The notes: generated from the sequence alone by a model not told the origin. Counted from the stretch's first letter, positions 8,221 through 17,399 are shown. The stretch: 64,000 nt of DNA from Nitrososphaerota archaeon (GCA_041641295.1 JBEPYO010000001.1:1152001-1216000), one strand, 5' to 3'. Numbers and translations: made by a program.

Positions 8221-10779
8221 TTGGCCACCATCCATCTTCTCGGGCACAGCCATATAGATGCTGTGTGGCTCTGGACGAAAGATGAGACGCTGAAGGTCTG
8301 CGTGGAAACGTTTAGCCGGGTCTTAGATCTTATGGACAAGTATCCGGGCTTGACCTTCTGCCAGAGCACTGCCCAGTATTATGAGTGGGTGGAGAAGAGT
8401 CGTCCGGACCTGTTTGAGAGGATAAGGGCTAGGGTGAGGGAGGGGAGGTGGGGGATTGTCGGTGGCTCTTGGGTCGAGTTTGACTGTAACCTGCCGTCGG
8501 GTGAGTCGCTCGTCAGGCAGATGCTCTATGGCAAGAGATACTTCATAGAGAAGTTCGGAGTCGACGTGGATATAGCCTGGCTCCCCGATTCCTTCGGCTA
8601 CTGCTGGACACTCCCACAAATACTAGCCAAGTCGGGGATCAAGTATTTCCTGACGCAGAAGCTAAGGTGGAACGACGCCACCGTCTTTCCGTACAATGTT
8701 TTCTGGTGGCGAGCCCCAGACGGCTCCTCTGCCCTCTCACACCAGACGTTGGGTAGCTATAGTGAGTCGCTCGATGATTGGGGTGAGATAGAGCGGCAAC
8801 TCCTAATCCTGAGGCTTAGACACGGTGTAGAGGACCTGCTCGTGCTCTTCGGCTATGGAGACCACGGCGGTGGAATATCCGAAACACACGCGGAGAGAGC
8901 TTTGGAGTGGATAAAGAAGTATAGTAGTGGAGACAGGACTGTAAAGTTCTCCACAGCGGCTGAATACTTCAGCCAGCTTGAGAAACATGCAAAATCAACT
9001 AATCTTCCAGTCGTGAGCGATGAGCTTTACCTCCAGTTCCATAGAGGGACTTACACTACCCAGGCAGAGGTCAAGAAGTGGAATAGACGCGTGGAGGCCT
9101 TGATAGAGAATGCAGAGAAGCTAGCAGTGTTTGCCGAGGGCTTCGGGCTTCCATACCCTCGCGAAGAGCTAAGAGAAGCTTGGAAAACTATACTGTTTTA
9201 TCAATTCCACGACGCCATCTGCGGCAGCTCGATTAAAGAGGTCTATGAGGAGGCCAGACAGGACTATGAGAGACTCTATAATAGGTTATCCGGCATAGTG
9301 GAGCGCTCAATAGAGGCTATCGCGAAGAACGTGGACACGCGTGGTGATGGAAAATCGATACTTGTCTTCAACACCCAGTCTTGGGCAAGGGATGGAATAG
9401 TTGAGCTGGAGATTAGCAGTCTCGAAGAAGCGAATGAACATGTTATACTGGACCATGAAGGGCGGCCTGTGGCTTCACAGGTGATCAGCGATGGGCGCCG
9501 CGGGAGATTGCTCTTCATCGCAGAGGGCGTGCCGCCGATGGGATTCAAAGAATACCGCATCACGTCGAAAGGGAAGAAGCAGCCAGCGCCGACAAGACTG
9601 GCAGTAAAGGAGGCCCAGGGAAAAATTGTGCTCGAGAACGAATTCTTATCCGCGGAGATAGACCAACAATCTGGACTGATAACAAGCATCAGACATAAGG
9701 AATCTGGGAGGGAGATTGTCAGGCCTGGCGAAGCAGTCGCCATCCATGTATTTGAAGACACTCCCGCCTCTGCGCGTAAGGCATTAGACGGCGGATACGA
9801 GGCCGTACTCTTCGACGCGTGGGAGGTCTATATCTTCGACCAGGCTGAGGGTGTGAAGTCGATCCGACTTGACCAGCCGATAGAGGTCGAGATAGTCGAG
9901 CGTGGTCCAGTGAGGGTGGTTGTCGCCTCAAGGTACAGGTACCGGCAGGAGGGTAGGGAAGACTCGGACATAACTGTGAGAACAATGCTGTATGCTAAGA
10001 TCCCAATCCTCTATCTGGAGATAGAGTTTGACTGGAGGGCTTGGCACAGGCTCGCCAAACTCTCAATACCAACCAGCATCGATGGAGAATACGTATACTA
10101 TGAGATACCCTACGGCTACATACGCAGGAGAATCCCCTACTCCGAGAGAGCATCTCTCTCTGAGAGAGCCAAACACGAGGTACCCGGGCAGAGATGGATC
10201 GACAAATCGTCTGAGAAAGACGGCATAGGCTTGAGCGTGCTCAATGACTGTAAATATGGGTTTGACTCTACAATGCATGAGCTTAGAGTGACGCTTCTTA
10301 GGAGCCCCAGCTACCCGCCTAAGTGGCCGGCAGTTGCGTTGGAGAGCTGGCTGAAGGGTGAGGAGCCAACAGACCAGGGGAGACACGTGGCCAAGATAGG
10401 GCTGTACCCGCACCGTGGAGACTGGCGGGAGGCTCAGACAGTTAGGAAGGCGATAGAGTTCAACAACCCGCTCATAGCTAGGCTAGAGGAGGCACATGGC
10501 GGACAGCTCCCAAAGACACACTCATTCATCGATGTAGATGGCGGCGACGCACCGATCACGGTAGTGAAGCAGGCTGAAGATGGCTCAAACATTGTGCTGA
10601 GGCTCTACGAGCCACACGGCAGGGAAGCCACAGTAACCCTTAACGTCGCGCCCAGCATAAAAGAAGCTCAGGAAGCCGACCTCCTAGAAAGACCTGTCAA
10701 ACCAATCACCATAAAAGACGAAAAGCTGGCAATTACACTAAAACCCCACGAAATTAAGACCATACTACTCCGCAGATAA
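8221..10779 (+). CDS. Alpha-mannosidase, glycoside hydrolase family 38
   Basis: GHSHIDAVWLW, WLPDSFGY (nucleophile Asp), FGYGDHGGG, ELYLQFHRGTYTTQ, QFHDAICGS; GH38 C-terminal domain. Confidence 0.95.
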   Translation: MATIHLLGHSHIDAVWLWTKDETLKVCVETFSRVLDLMDKYPGLTFCQSTAQYYEWVEKSRPDLFERIRARVREGRWGIVGGSWVEFDCNLPSGESLVRQMLYGKRYFIEKFGVDVDIAWLPDSFGYCWTLPQILAKSGIKYFLTQKLRWNDATVFPYNVFWWRAPDGSSALSHQTLGSYSESLDDWGEIERQLLILRLRHGVEDLLVLFGYGDHGGGISETHAERALEWIKKYSSGDRTVKFSTAAEYFSQLEKHAKSTNLPVVSDELYLQFHRGTYTTQAEVKKWNRRVEALIENAEKLAVFAEGFGLPYPREELREAWKTILFYQFHDAICGSSIKEVYEEARQDYERLYNRLSGIVERSIEAIAKNVDTRGDGKSILVFNTQSWARDGIVELEISSLEEANEHVILDHEGRPVASQVISDGRRGRLLFIAEGVPPMGFKEYRITSKGKKQPAPTRLAVKEAQGKIVLENEFLSAEIDQQSGLITSIRHKESGREIVRPGEAVAIHVFEDTPASARKALDGGYEAVLFDAWEVYIFDQAEGVKSIRLDQPIEVEIVERGPVRVVVASRYRYRQEGREDSDITVRTMLYAKIPILYLEIEFDWRAWHRLAKLSIPTSIDGEYVYYEIPYGYIRRRIPYSERASLSERAKHEVPGQRWIDKSSEKDGIGLSVLNDCKYGFDSTMHELRVTLLRSPSYPPKWPAVALESWLKGEEPTDQGRHVAKIGLYPHRGDWREAQTVRKAIEFNNPLIARLEEAHGGQLPKTHSFIDVDGGDAPITVVKQAEDGSNIVLRLYEPHGREATVTLNVAPSIKEAQEADLLERPVKPITIKDEKLAITLKPHEIKTILLRR

Positions 10780-10802
10780 AGCCTCGAGTGAAAAGGTGGA
10801 AA

Positions 10803-10826
10803 GTTTCCCACCTCGTTTCCCACCTC
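10803..10826. repeat. Perfect tandem 12-bp duplication GTTTCCCACCTC x2, preceded by an inverted partial copy (AGGTGGAAA, 10794..10802)
   Basis: Read directly: aaggtggaaa-gtttcccacctc-gtttcccacctc. Confidence 0.7.
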
Positions 10827-11132
10827 CGCGCAATCGTCTTGGTGCCACCATATGTCCTATTTCTTCGATCTCTGAGTAGGCTGCTGTCTTTAGCAGTCTA
10901 TTAGGGGTTTAAGTGTTTTGGATAACCTAACGTTTGCTGTTGCTGTACTGGGTGGGGGCCTTATAGCCTGTATCGCTCAACTAAAGACCGGTATTTATTT
11001 TCACCCAACCGTCTATTTGTTTAAATCCATGCGTTGATGCTTCTGGTTCTTGGATAGAGCCCACTCTCCGAGGATGGGAGAGGGCCGCTCGACCCACAAA
11101 GCTGCTGGGTTGCCTGTAGAGGAGTTGGGGAG

Positions 11133-12185
11133 ATGAACACTCAAAGAAGACTAACACCAGAGGAGAAGGCTATACTCTTAGAGGCCCTGAAAATTGGAGT
11201 GGAGAAGGGCTATGGATACCACCGGGTTTGGAAGATGTTGAAGAGAAATATGGTGGAGGTGTCGAGGAGCATCGTAAGGTCCTGGTATTATAGGATTTTT
11301 CCGGAAAGGGTTAGAAGAAGGGGCGAATGCCTTCCAAGATAGCTAAGGATAAAGCTGTACGAGGAAGTCCTGAGGCTGAGGAGGCAAGGCCTAGGATATA
11401 AGAGAATTAAGAAGAGGATCAAAGAAATGTATGGAGTCACTCTTAGTCCCGCGGTGATTGCTGATTGGTGTCGCGGAGTTCACACACCGTTCGGCGGAAT
11501 ACGGATCCCTACAATAGACTTCCTAGACCCATCACCAGAGCTAGCATATGTCATAGGAGTTGTTGTTGGAGATGGGTGGGCCGTCAAAAGAAGTGGAAGA
11601 AGCGGAGAGTATAGGATCAGCGCTAAGGTTAAGGACCGAGACTTCGCGGAAGAGTTTTCGAGGTGTTTGGGGAAGGTTCTCGGAAGAGAGCCGCCGAAGC
11701 CAATACCAATGAAGGATGAGAAATATAGGGTGCGTGTCAATTCAAATGCACTGTATAAACTATTACAAAAACCCATAAACATAGACAAGATAAGACTATT
11801 CGTAGAGCACACCAGAGACTGTACACGGAGTTTTCTGAGAGGGTTCTTCGACGCTGAGGGCTCGGTAACACTCGACGGCGACATTTACTGCTACAATACG
11901 GATCATAGGCTTCTCGAATATACGCGAAGACTCTTAGGCCTTTTAGGGATAAAAACCACAGATCCAAAGATAAGAACAAAGAAGGGTACTCTAATTAAGG
12001 ATTGGAAGACAGGAAAGACGTACATAAAGAAAAAAGACGTTTACTATCTCTATGTTAGGGCAGACACTAAGCTTAATTTCTACAAACATGTAGGATTCAC
12101 AATACAAAGAAAAAGGCAACGTCTCGAAGAATGTCTAAAGCGACGTGGACTACTAAATGTACCACTTAACCAGTCCTCCTCCTAA
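11133..12185 (+). pseudogene. Free-standing HTH + two-motif LAGLIDADG homing endonuclease, interrupted by an in-frame TAG at 11340..11342
   Basis: ORFs 11133..11342 and 11427..12185 share a frame. Read-through gives ..CLPR*LRIKLYEEVLRLRRQGLGYKRIKK..MYGV. LAGLIDADG helices LAYVIGVVVGDG and FLRGFFDAEG; C-terminal FYKHVGFTIQRKRQRL. Confidence 0.85.
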
Positions 12186-12234
12186 TCATAGCTCTCCTAA
12201 ACCTCCCCTCGTATTCATTTACAACATAAAGATA

Positions 12235-12309
12235 CGGGCCCGGAGGGACTCGAACCCTCGACCTCCGGCTTAGAAGGCCGGCGCTCTATCCATGCTGAGC
12301 TACGGGCCC
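12235..12309 (-). tRNA. tRNA-Arg(TCT), no intron, no encoded CCA
   Basis: GGGCCCG/CGGGCCC acceptor, CCGGC-CTTCTAA-GCCGG anticodon arm, GAGGG-TTCGAGT-CCCTC T arm. Confidence 0.97.
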
Positions 12310-12445
12310 ACTCCAAGGCCTCTACAAATTTTTCCTCATCTGACAGAATATATATGTGTGGGAAGAGCTGTATTGGTCGTTGGGGTCATTTAGAGCTTAA
12401 TCCTGTCCTAAACTGTGTCGGTGTGGGTTGGGGGTCTTTTACTTT

Positions 12446-12598
12446 TTAGAGGCTTTTCACTAGTTCAAGCTTGCTTATTATCTGGTTCAGCTCGGCTAGT
12501 AGTTCTGAGGCCCTCATAACGTCTTTAGCCTCCATGTACGCGAGGGATTTTCTGAACTCCTCGCTTAGCGACTCTACCTCCCCTCTAATCGATACAGG
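12446..12598 (-). pseudogene. Orphan 3' fragment of a helical protein gene (51 codons, no obvious start)
   Basis: Minus frame reads PVSIRGEVESLSEEFRKSLAYMEAKDVMRASELLAELNQIISKLELVKSL*. It looks protein-like and amphipathic, and is cut off upstream by a TGA just after the cytochrome b stop. Confidence 0.4.
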
Positions 12599-12608
12599 TC
12601 AACTAGTG

Positions 12609-14045
12609 CTATGTGTTTATTACAGGGACTTTACACGATCCAGTGATTATGGCTTTTAGTCTGTTCCAGTTTTCGGGTATGAGTGAGAGGTAGATGTGGG
12701 CGAAGAAGACTCCGGTGAATAGGTAGAAGATGAGTAGGTGTAGGGCCCTGACGTTGAGTCCTCCGCCGAGGAGTGTGAATACCCATGGGAAAAGGTTTGG
12801 ATAAGCCATGGCAAAGCCTGTAAGTCCGAAAATTACTAGGGCTATGAAGTAGAACCATACCAGGGGCTTCTGTAGTGAACAATATTTCCTGTACATGTAG
12901 TATGTTTTGGTTTTGGCGTCGTATACCGCGTGTGGTGGATATTCTTTTGTTAATCCTAGAAAGTTTTTGACAATAGTAAGTGTTACATAGATGTCGTCTC
13001 TAGTGAGCAGTAATAGCTGTCTCCACTCACCCTTTCTGATCATGGAGTAGGTGTGAAGGGGGATGTCAGCTATCAGGATTGCAAAAGCGGACCATATGTG
13101 TATGTCTCTGCTTTGCCCGCCGAAGAGGGGTAGTTTGAACAGCATGCTTAACCCTGTTATAGTCATAACGGTTAATACAGCGACCCTTATCCAGTGCGCT
13201 ATCCTGGCTTCCCTGATATGTCTTTCGAGAAGGACTGTCTCACTGTGGTGGGGTTTTTTCCAAGCCCTCCTCCTTACCAGATGGGCTAAAACACCTGCCA
13301 CTGCCACGTACCAGGCATAAGGCCCGTATTCTGAAACTGCTCCATAGAAGTCAAAAACCGCTTCAGCCTTTCCTACAAATTCTTCTCGGACGAGAACTAT
13401 GACGTATGAGGCCATATCGGTTGCGCGGTGCTCTATTCCTTTACCAAACTGGCCTATAGCAAAGCCTATGCCTACAGGCCTTTCAAGCGCTAGCTCCAGC
13501 ATATTTCTTGCATCAATGGCGAGTGGCCTAGCTCCCTCAACCACGCAGCGCCCGTCACTGCACTCCATCTTTGCAATCACGTTGCTTACGAGACCCAGCT
13601 CTTCGTATAGTATCGGTTTTGCGGGTCCTGGTAGGATGGCTTCCTTGGCATGGTTGTCCCCATAGGATGGGCTGACGAGTATAGCGTAATCGGGGGCCTC
13701 CTCACTACCCATATGTGCTTGGTCTCCGTCAGGGTCAAACTCTAAGCCAAAATAGTCGCGCGGAGTTGGGCTAGGGCTCTCGAAGATGGCTAAGAAGTAT
13801 AGGTGTTGGTCATCGTGTTTGAAGGCGATGCTGGCTTTTGTAACAGATTCTCTGAAGAGCGGTACGTCATCCCATTCACCCTCCGAGATAATACCGTCTA
13901 TGACCGGTGTTTTCTTGGCGGTGTATGCCCTGATCACTACTGCTTGTTGAGCAAAAGTGATGTTAATAACTAAAAGAAGTGCAAGGACTAGAATTATTGG
14001 AAAAAATAATAGATGTTGGTGTTTGGGGAGGTTTTTTATGTCCAT
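12609..14045 (-). CDS. Fusion of an exported DOMON/CBM9-like (ethylbenzene dehydrogenase gamma-like) heme domain to a Ni/Fe-hydrogenase-type diheme cytochrome b
   Basis: Signal peptide; TPVIDGIISEGEW, FKHDDQHLYF, DYFGLEFD, AHMG, VEGARPL (DOMON-like). C-terminal TM helices carry four His (RIAHW, DIHIW, ALHLL, FAHIY) and YCSLQK (cf. YNPLQK). Confidence 0.75.
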   Translation of the reverse strand: MDIKNLPKHQHLLFFPIILVLALLLVINITFAQQAVVIRAYTAKKTPVIDGIISEGEWDDVPLFRESVTKASIAFKHDDQHLYFLAIFESPSPTPRDYFGLEFDPDGDQAHMGSEEAPDYAILVSPSYGDNHAKEAILPGPAKPILYEELGLVSNVIAKMECSDGRCVVEGARPLAIDARNMLELALERPVGIGFAIGQFGKGIEHRATDMASYVIVLVREEFVGKAEAVFDFYGAVSEYGPYAWYVAVAGVLAHLVRRRAWKKPHHSETVLLERHIREARIAHWIRVAVLTVMTITGLSMLFKLPLFGGQSRDIHIWSAFAILIADIPLHTYSMIRKGEWRQLLLLTRDDIYVTLTIVKNFLGLTKEYPPHAVYDAKTKTYYMYRKYCSLQKPLVWFYFIALVIFGLTGFAMAYPNLFPWVFTLLGGGLNVRALHLLIFYLFTGVFFAHIYLSLIPENWNRLKAIITGSCKVPVINT

Positions 14046-15532
14046 GGCTGCTCTCTTGCCGCGTTTCTACCGGCGACCCTGCCGAAGAAGATGGCCTCGC
14101 CTAGATGGGATATGAGTCCTTCTGCTACGACGTCTCCTGCCGCGTAAAGCCTCGGGATTGGTTTGCCATTGACATTGATTACGCGCGACTCGGCGTCAGC
14201 CAAAAGACCACCGTTGGTCTCAGATATGCTGGGCACAAGCTCGACCGCATAGAACGGCGGTGTCTGAATCGGCGAAAACGTGAACTCGGGTGTGTCTACT
14301 CTACCAAAGTCGGGATCCTTCTTGTCTGTCCTAGCCCATTCATTCCATGATTCTACTGTCTTCAAAAAGTTTGCCTTGTTAACTTTTATCGCTTCAGCCA
14401 ATGCCTCAAGCGAGTCAGCCCTTATCACGATGCCCTGGGAGATCTCTTTTGAAAGGTCCTCAGAGAAAGCGGTGCTTATCCCTTTTCCCGTGCTTTTCTT
14501 CACCTGTTCGCTGTCTGTGATGAGCCACGCGTGGCTACCGGGCTGGTAGAATATCTCCTCATTTAATATGTCGAAGTGGGCTCCCTCGTTGACAAATCTA
14601 TATCCTTTTTCGTTGACGAAGATTGCTGATATTCCTCTATACCTGTATCTTGAGTTGATCTTTGCTATGGCGGGGAATCCGCTGATGTGGTATGTGTTTA
14701 TTATCGCGGCTCCTAGGGCTTGGGCCATTAATAGGCCGTCGCCTGTACTTACAGCCGAGGTTATTGGGACTGCGTGATATCCTACTGGGCTGAGGTGTTT
14801 AAGCAGGTCTTTGTTCGCGGAGAAACTGCCTGTTGTTAGTATCACTGCTTTACGGGCCTTGACGAAGACTCTACTCCCATTACGCTCCCCAACAACGCCC
14901 ATAACCATGGTTGTATCTGGACGTGCAACCAACTGTACAACCTTCAACTCTGTCTCAACCCTTACTCCCTTCTCCTTCGCGGCTTTCTGTAGTGCTGAAA
15001 CAAGTGCTGAGCCTCCTCCCTTAGTCCTTAACGACGTAGGTGTTACCGAGTCGTACTCCACCCCTAGCGTGGGAAGCCAGTCTCCAACCTCTACTCCCAC
15101 ATTCTCGACATATTTCATGTCCCTGTCTGGGAAAGGTGGTTCCCAATGAGTCGCCCGCATCAACCCCTGCACTCCTTTATACCATTGGGCGGGGTCGGTC
15201 TGCATGTTTTTCTCCTTTTGGATGGATGAGTTGATAACACCTAGGTTTCCGCCAGACATTACGCCGTTGCCTCCTGGCGTCGAAGACTTATCAATTACAA
15301 TAACGGATGCACCATTAGTGGCAGCCTCTATGGCTGCGGCCGAGCCGGCGACCCCAAAGCCAACTACAACCACGTCAGATTCTAGATCCCATCTCTCAGG
15401 AGGCCTCCAGTAGACGGGTTGTACCTGCTGAAAAACTGCCCAAGACCCTCCTACAGCGGCACCGCCTACAACAACGCCCGCGGCTAGACCTTGGAGAAAC
15501 GACCTCCTGCTAAAAACGGGTTTCTGGGACAT
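14036..15532 (-). CDS. Tat-exported FAD-binding oxidoreductase, flavocytochrome c/fumarate reductase flavoprotein superfamily (FAD_binding_2); substrate unknown
   Basis: SRRSFLQG twin-Arg plus hydrophobic helix; DVVVVGFGVAG, TGDGLLMAQALGA, RFVNE, TNGGL, IPRLYAAGD, FFGRVAG. Start ATG 15532 (or GTG 15550). Confidence 0.88.
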   Translation of the reverse strand: MSQKPVFSRRSFLQGLAAGVVVGGAAVGGSWAVFQQVQPVYWRPPERWDLESDVVVVGFGVAGSAAAIEAATNGASVIVIDKSSTPGGNGVMSGGNLGVINSSIQKEKNMQTDPAQWYKGVQGLMRATHWEPPFPDRDMKYVENVGVEVGDWLPTLGVEYDSVTPTSLRTKGGGSALVSALQKAAKEKGVRVETELKVVQLVARPDTTMVMGVVGERNGSRVFVKARKAVILTTGSFSANKDLLKHLSPVGYHAVPITSAVSTGDGLLMAQALGAAIINTYHISGFPAIAKINSRYRYRGISAIFVNEKGYRFVNEGAHFDILNEEIFYQPGSHAWLITDSEQVKKSTGKGISTAFSEDLSKEISQGIVIRADSLEALAEAIKVNKANFLKTVESWNEWARTDKKDPDFGRVDTPEFTFSPIQTPPFYAVELVPSISETNGGLLADAESRVINVNGKPIPRLYAAGDVVAEGLISHLGEAIFFGRVAGRNAAREQPWT

Positions 15533-15569
15533 TTTCCGCGTATATTCCACTCAGGCCTAAGATTTTAAC

Positions 15570-15700
15570 CGGTGTCTCAAAACATATAACGCTAATAAAA
15601 AATTTAATGTAAATATATTCACACATATTTTGTTAGAAATACATTAGCTCGCCCGACAAGTTATAACAAGCACTAAAACAACATATTATAACGTGTTTGC
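15570..15700. promoter_or_regulatory. AT-rich promoter/regulatory region upstream of the flavoprotein-cytochrome b operon
   Basis: Markedly AT-rich against the coding background; several TATA-like stretches and recurring TATAAC/CATAT words. Confidence 0.4.
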
Positions 15701-15887
15701 GATTAGAAAGGCGGTGACTAGCGGCACCAAACTTTCCGTCGACTTTGGCGTATCCCCTCCTTACCTCTAGTTGGTTTATCGTCTCCCTTACGCAAGTTCT
15801 TAGGCTCCCATTGGTGGTGGCTCGTCTGTAGCACCGGGGGGTTCATCCCTTCATAAAGCCTTATCTACACATCTGCAACCGTTATTC

Positions 15888-17399
15888 ATGACCGTTATGA
15901 GGTCTGTCTTGGGAAAGAAGGGGTTGAGCAGGGATGAAATCTTGGAGAAGTTGAGGGAGTATGAAAAGGATGACCTTGACCCTTACGGTGGGAGGCTCTT
16001 CACAATCGCCTTTGAACCCGGTGTTGAGGAGATGAGAGAGGTTGTCTTTGAGGTGTTTAAGAGATTTGCATTCAAAAACATGCTCGACTTCACGGAGTTC
16101 CCAAGCTCGATAAGGATGGAGAAGGACATCGTCGACTATGCGGCCTCTCTGATGCATGGGGATGATCAGGTAACAGGGACCTTCACTTTCGGCGGGACGG
16201 AGAGTGTCTTCCTCGCGGTCAAGTCGGCTCGCGACAGCTTCATTCTGAAGAAGGGGTTCTTAACGATGCCTGAGATCGTTATGCCTGTGACAGGGCATCC
16301 CTGCTACGACAAGGCCGCCGAATACATGGGAATGAGGGTGAAGCGTGTAAAAATAGATGAGGACACCTTCACGGCCGATCCTAACGCCGTAAACGAGGCT
16401 TTGACAGACAACACCGCTATGATTGTAGGCTCTGCCCCCAACTGGCCCTTCGGCACAATAGACCCGATAAAAGACTTGGCAGAGATTGCGGTGGATAAGG
16501 GGGTATGGCTCCACGTGGACGCCTGTGTAGGCGGGTTTGTTTTACCATTCATGAGGGAGCTGGGCGACAGGGTGCCTGAATTTGACTTTAGGATCGAGGG
16601 TGTCTCTTCCATCTCCCTAGACCCTCACAAATACGCCTACACACCGATAGGAGCCTCCGTAGTACTCTTCAGAAATAAGTTCTCCAAAATATTCTCTCAG
16701 TTCGCGAATCTCCGCTGGCCTGGATACCCGATCGTCAATCCTGCAGTCCTGTCCTCACGATCCGAGGCCCTGCTAGCCACTGCATGGGCTACGCTGCAGT
16801 TCTTCGGGCAGGAGGGCTATATGGAGCTTGCGCGAAAGATAATCTCTGCTAGGAGGAAGATTGTGAACGGGTTTAAGGAAGCGGGCTATAGTGTGATGGG
16901 CGAGCCCACTGTCATCGCCGCGTTCACATCACCCGAGCTCAACATCTTCAGACTCTCGGACGAGATGGCGAAAAGAGGCTGGGCCCTACTACCTCAAAAA
17001 GGAATTGAGAGTATGAAGATCCCGCCAAGCATCCACCTAACAATAACACCAATCCACGACAAGACAGCAGAGTCCATGATTTCAGACCTAAAGGAATGCA
17101 CAGAGACTGTAAAGAAGATGCCGCCAACAGAGGCTGATGCACTTCTAAGCATCTTCAGCAGCGTCTTTGGATTGCTTGCGCCAGCGGAGATGGACCTAGC
17201 ATCACTTGCAAAACTATACACCGAGGCTGAGAAATTCCTCGAAGCTCACGGCGAGGAAATCATCAAAACATTAGGGCTTGAGAAGGGCTTCCCTAAGGAG
17301 ATGGGCTCAATATTCCAGCTCCTCGCCTCAGTCCCACCTGAGATAGCTGAACTCTTGGCAAACTACGTAGTCATAGAGATGTTCCATAGAGGCGTCTAA
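15888..17399 (+). CDS. PLP-dependent group II decarboxylase / sphingosine-1-phosphate lyase-like protein
   Basis: TFGGTES, GSAPNWPFGTIDPI, LHVDACVGGF, SISLDPHKY (PLP Lys), LSSRS. Confidence 0.85.
   Translation: MTVMRSVLGKKGLSRDEILEKLREYEKDDLDPYGGRLFTIAFEPGVEEMREVVFEVFKRFAFKNMLDFTEFPSSIRMEKDIVDYAASLMHGDDQVTGTFTFGGTESVFLAVKSARDSFILKKGFLTMPEIVMPVTGHPCYDKAAEYMGMRVKRVKIDEDTFTADPNAVNEALTDNTAMIVGSAPNWPFGTIDPIKDLAEIAVDKGVWLHVDACVGGFVLPFMRELGDRVPEFDFRIEGVSSISLDPHKYAYTPIGASVVLFRNKFSKIFSQFANLRWPGYPIVNPAVLSSRSEALLATAWATLQFFGQEGYMELARKIISARRKIVNGFKEAGYSVMGEPTVIAAFTSPELNIFRLSDEMAKRGWALLPQKGIESMKIPPSIHLTITPIHDKTAESMISDLKECTETVKKMPPTEADALLSIFSSVFGLLAPAEMDLASLAKLYTEAEKFLEAHGEEIIKTLGLEKGFPKEMGSIFQLLASVPPEIAELLANYVVIEMFHRGV

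Noticed and set aside
10918-11037. Short plus-strand ORF MDNLTFAVAVLGGGLIACIAQ... upstream of the endonuclease
   Set aside because: About 39 codons, TTG start, no recognisable motif; cannot be distinguished from chance.
11340-11342. Pyrrolysine/amber read-through in the LAGLIDADG gene
   Set aside because: No pyl genes here, TAG is a routine stop throughout the window, and a GAG->TAG mutation explains it more simply.
11133-12185. Intein or rRNA/tRNA intron origin of the LAGLIDADG ORF
   Set aside because: No N-terminal Cys/Ser block or HN terminus, no flanking exteins or rRNA exons, and the neighbouring tRNA-Arg is intact.
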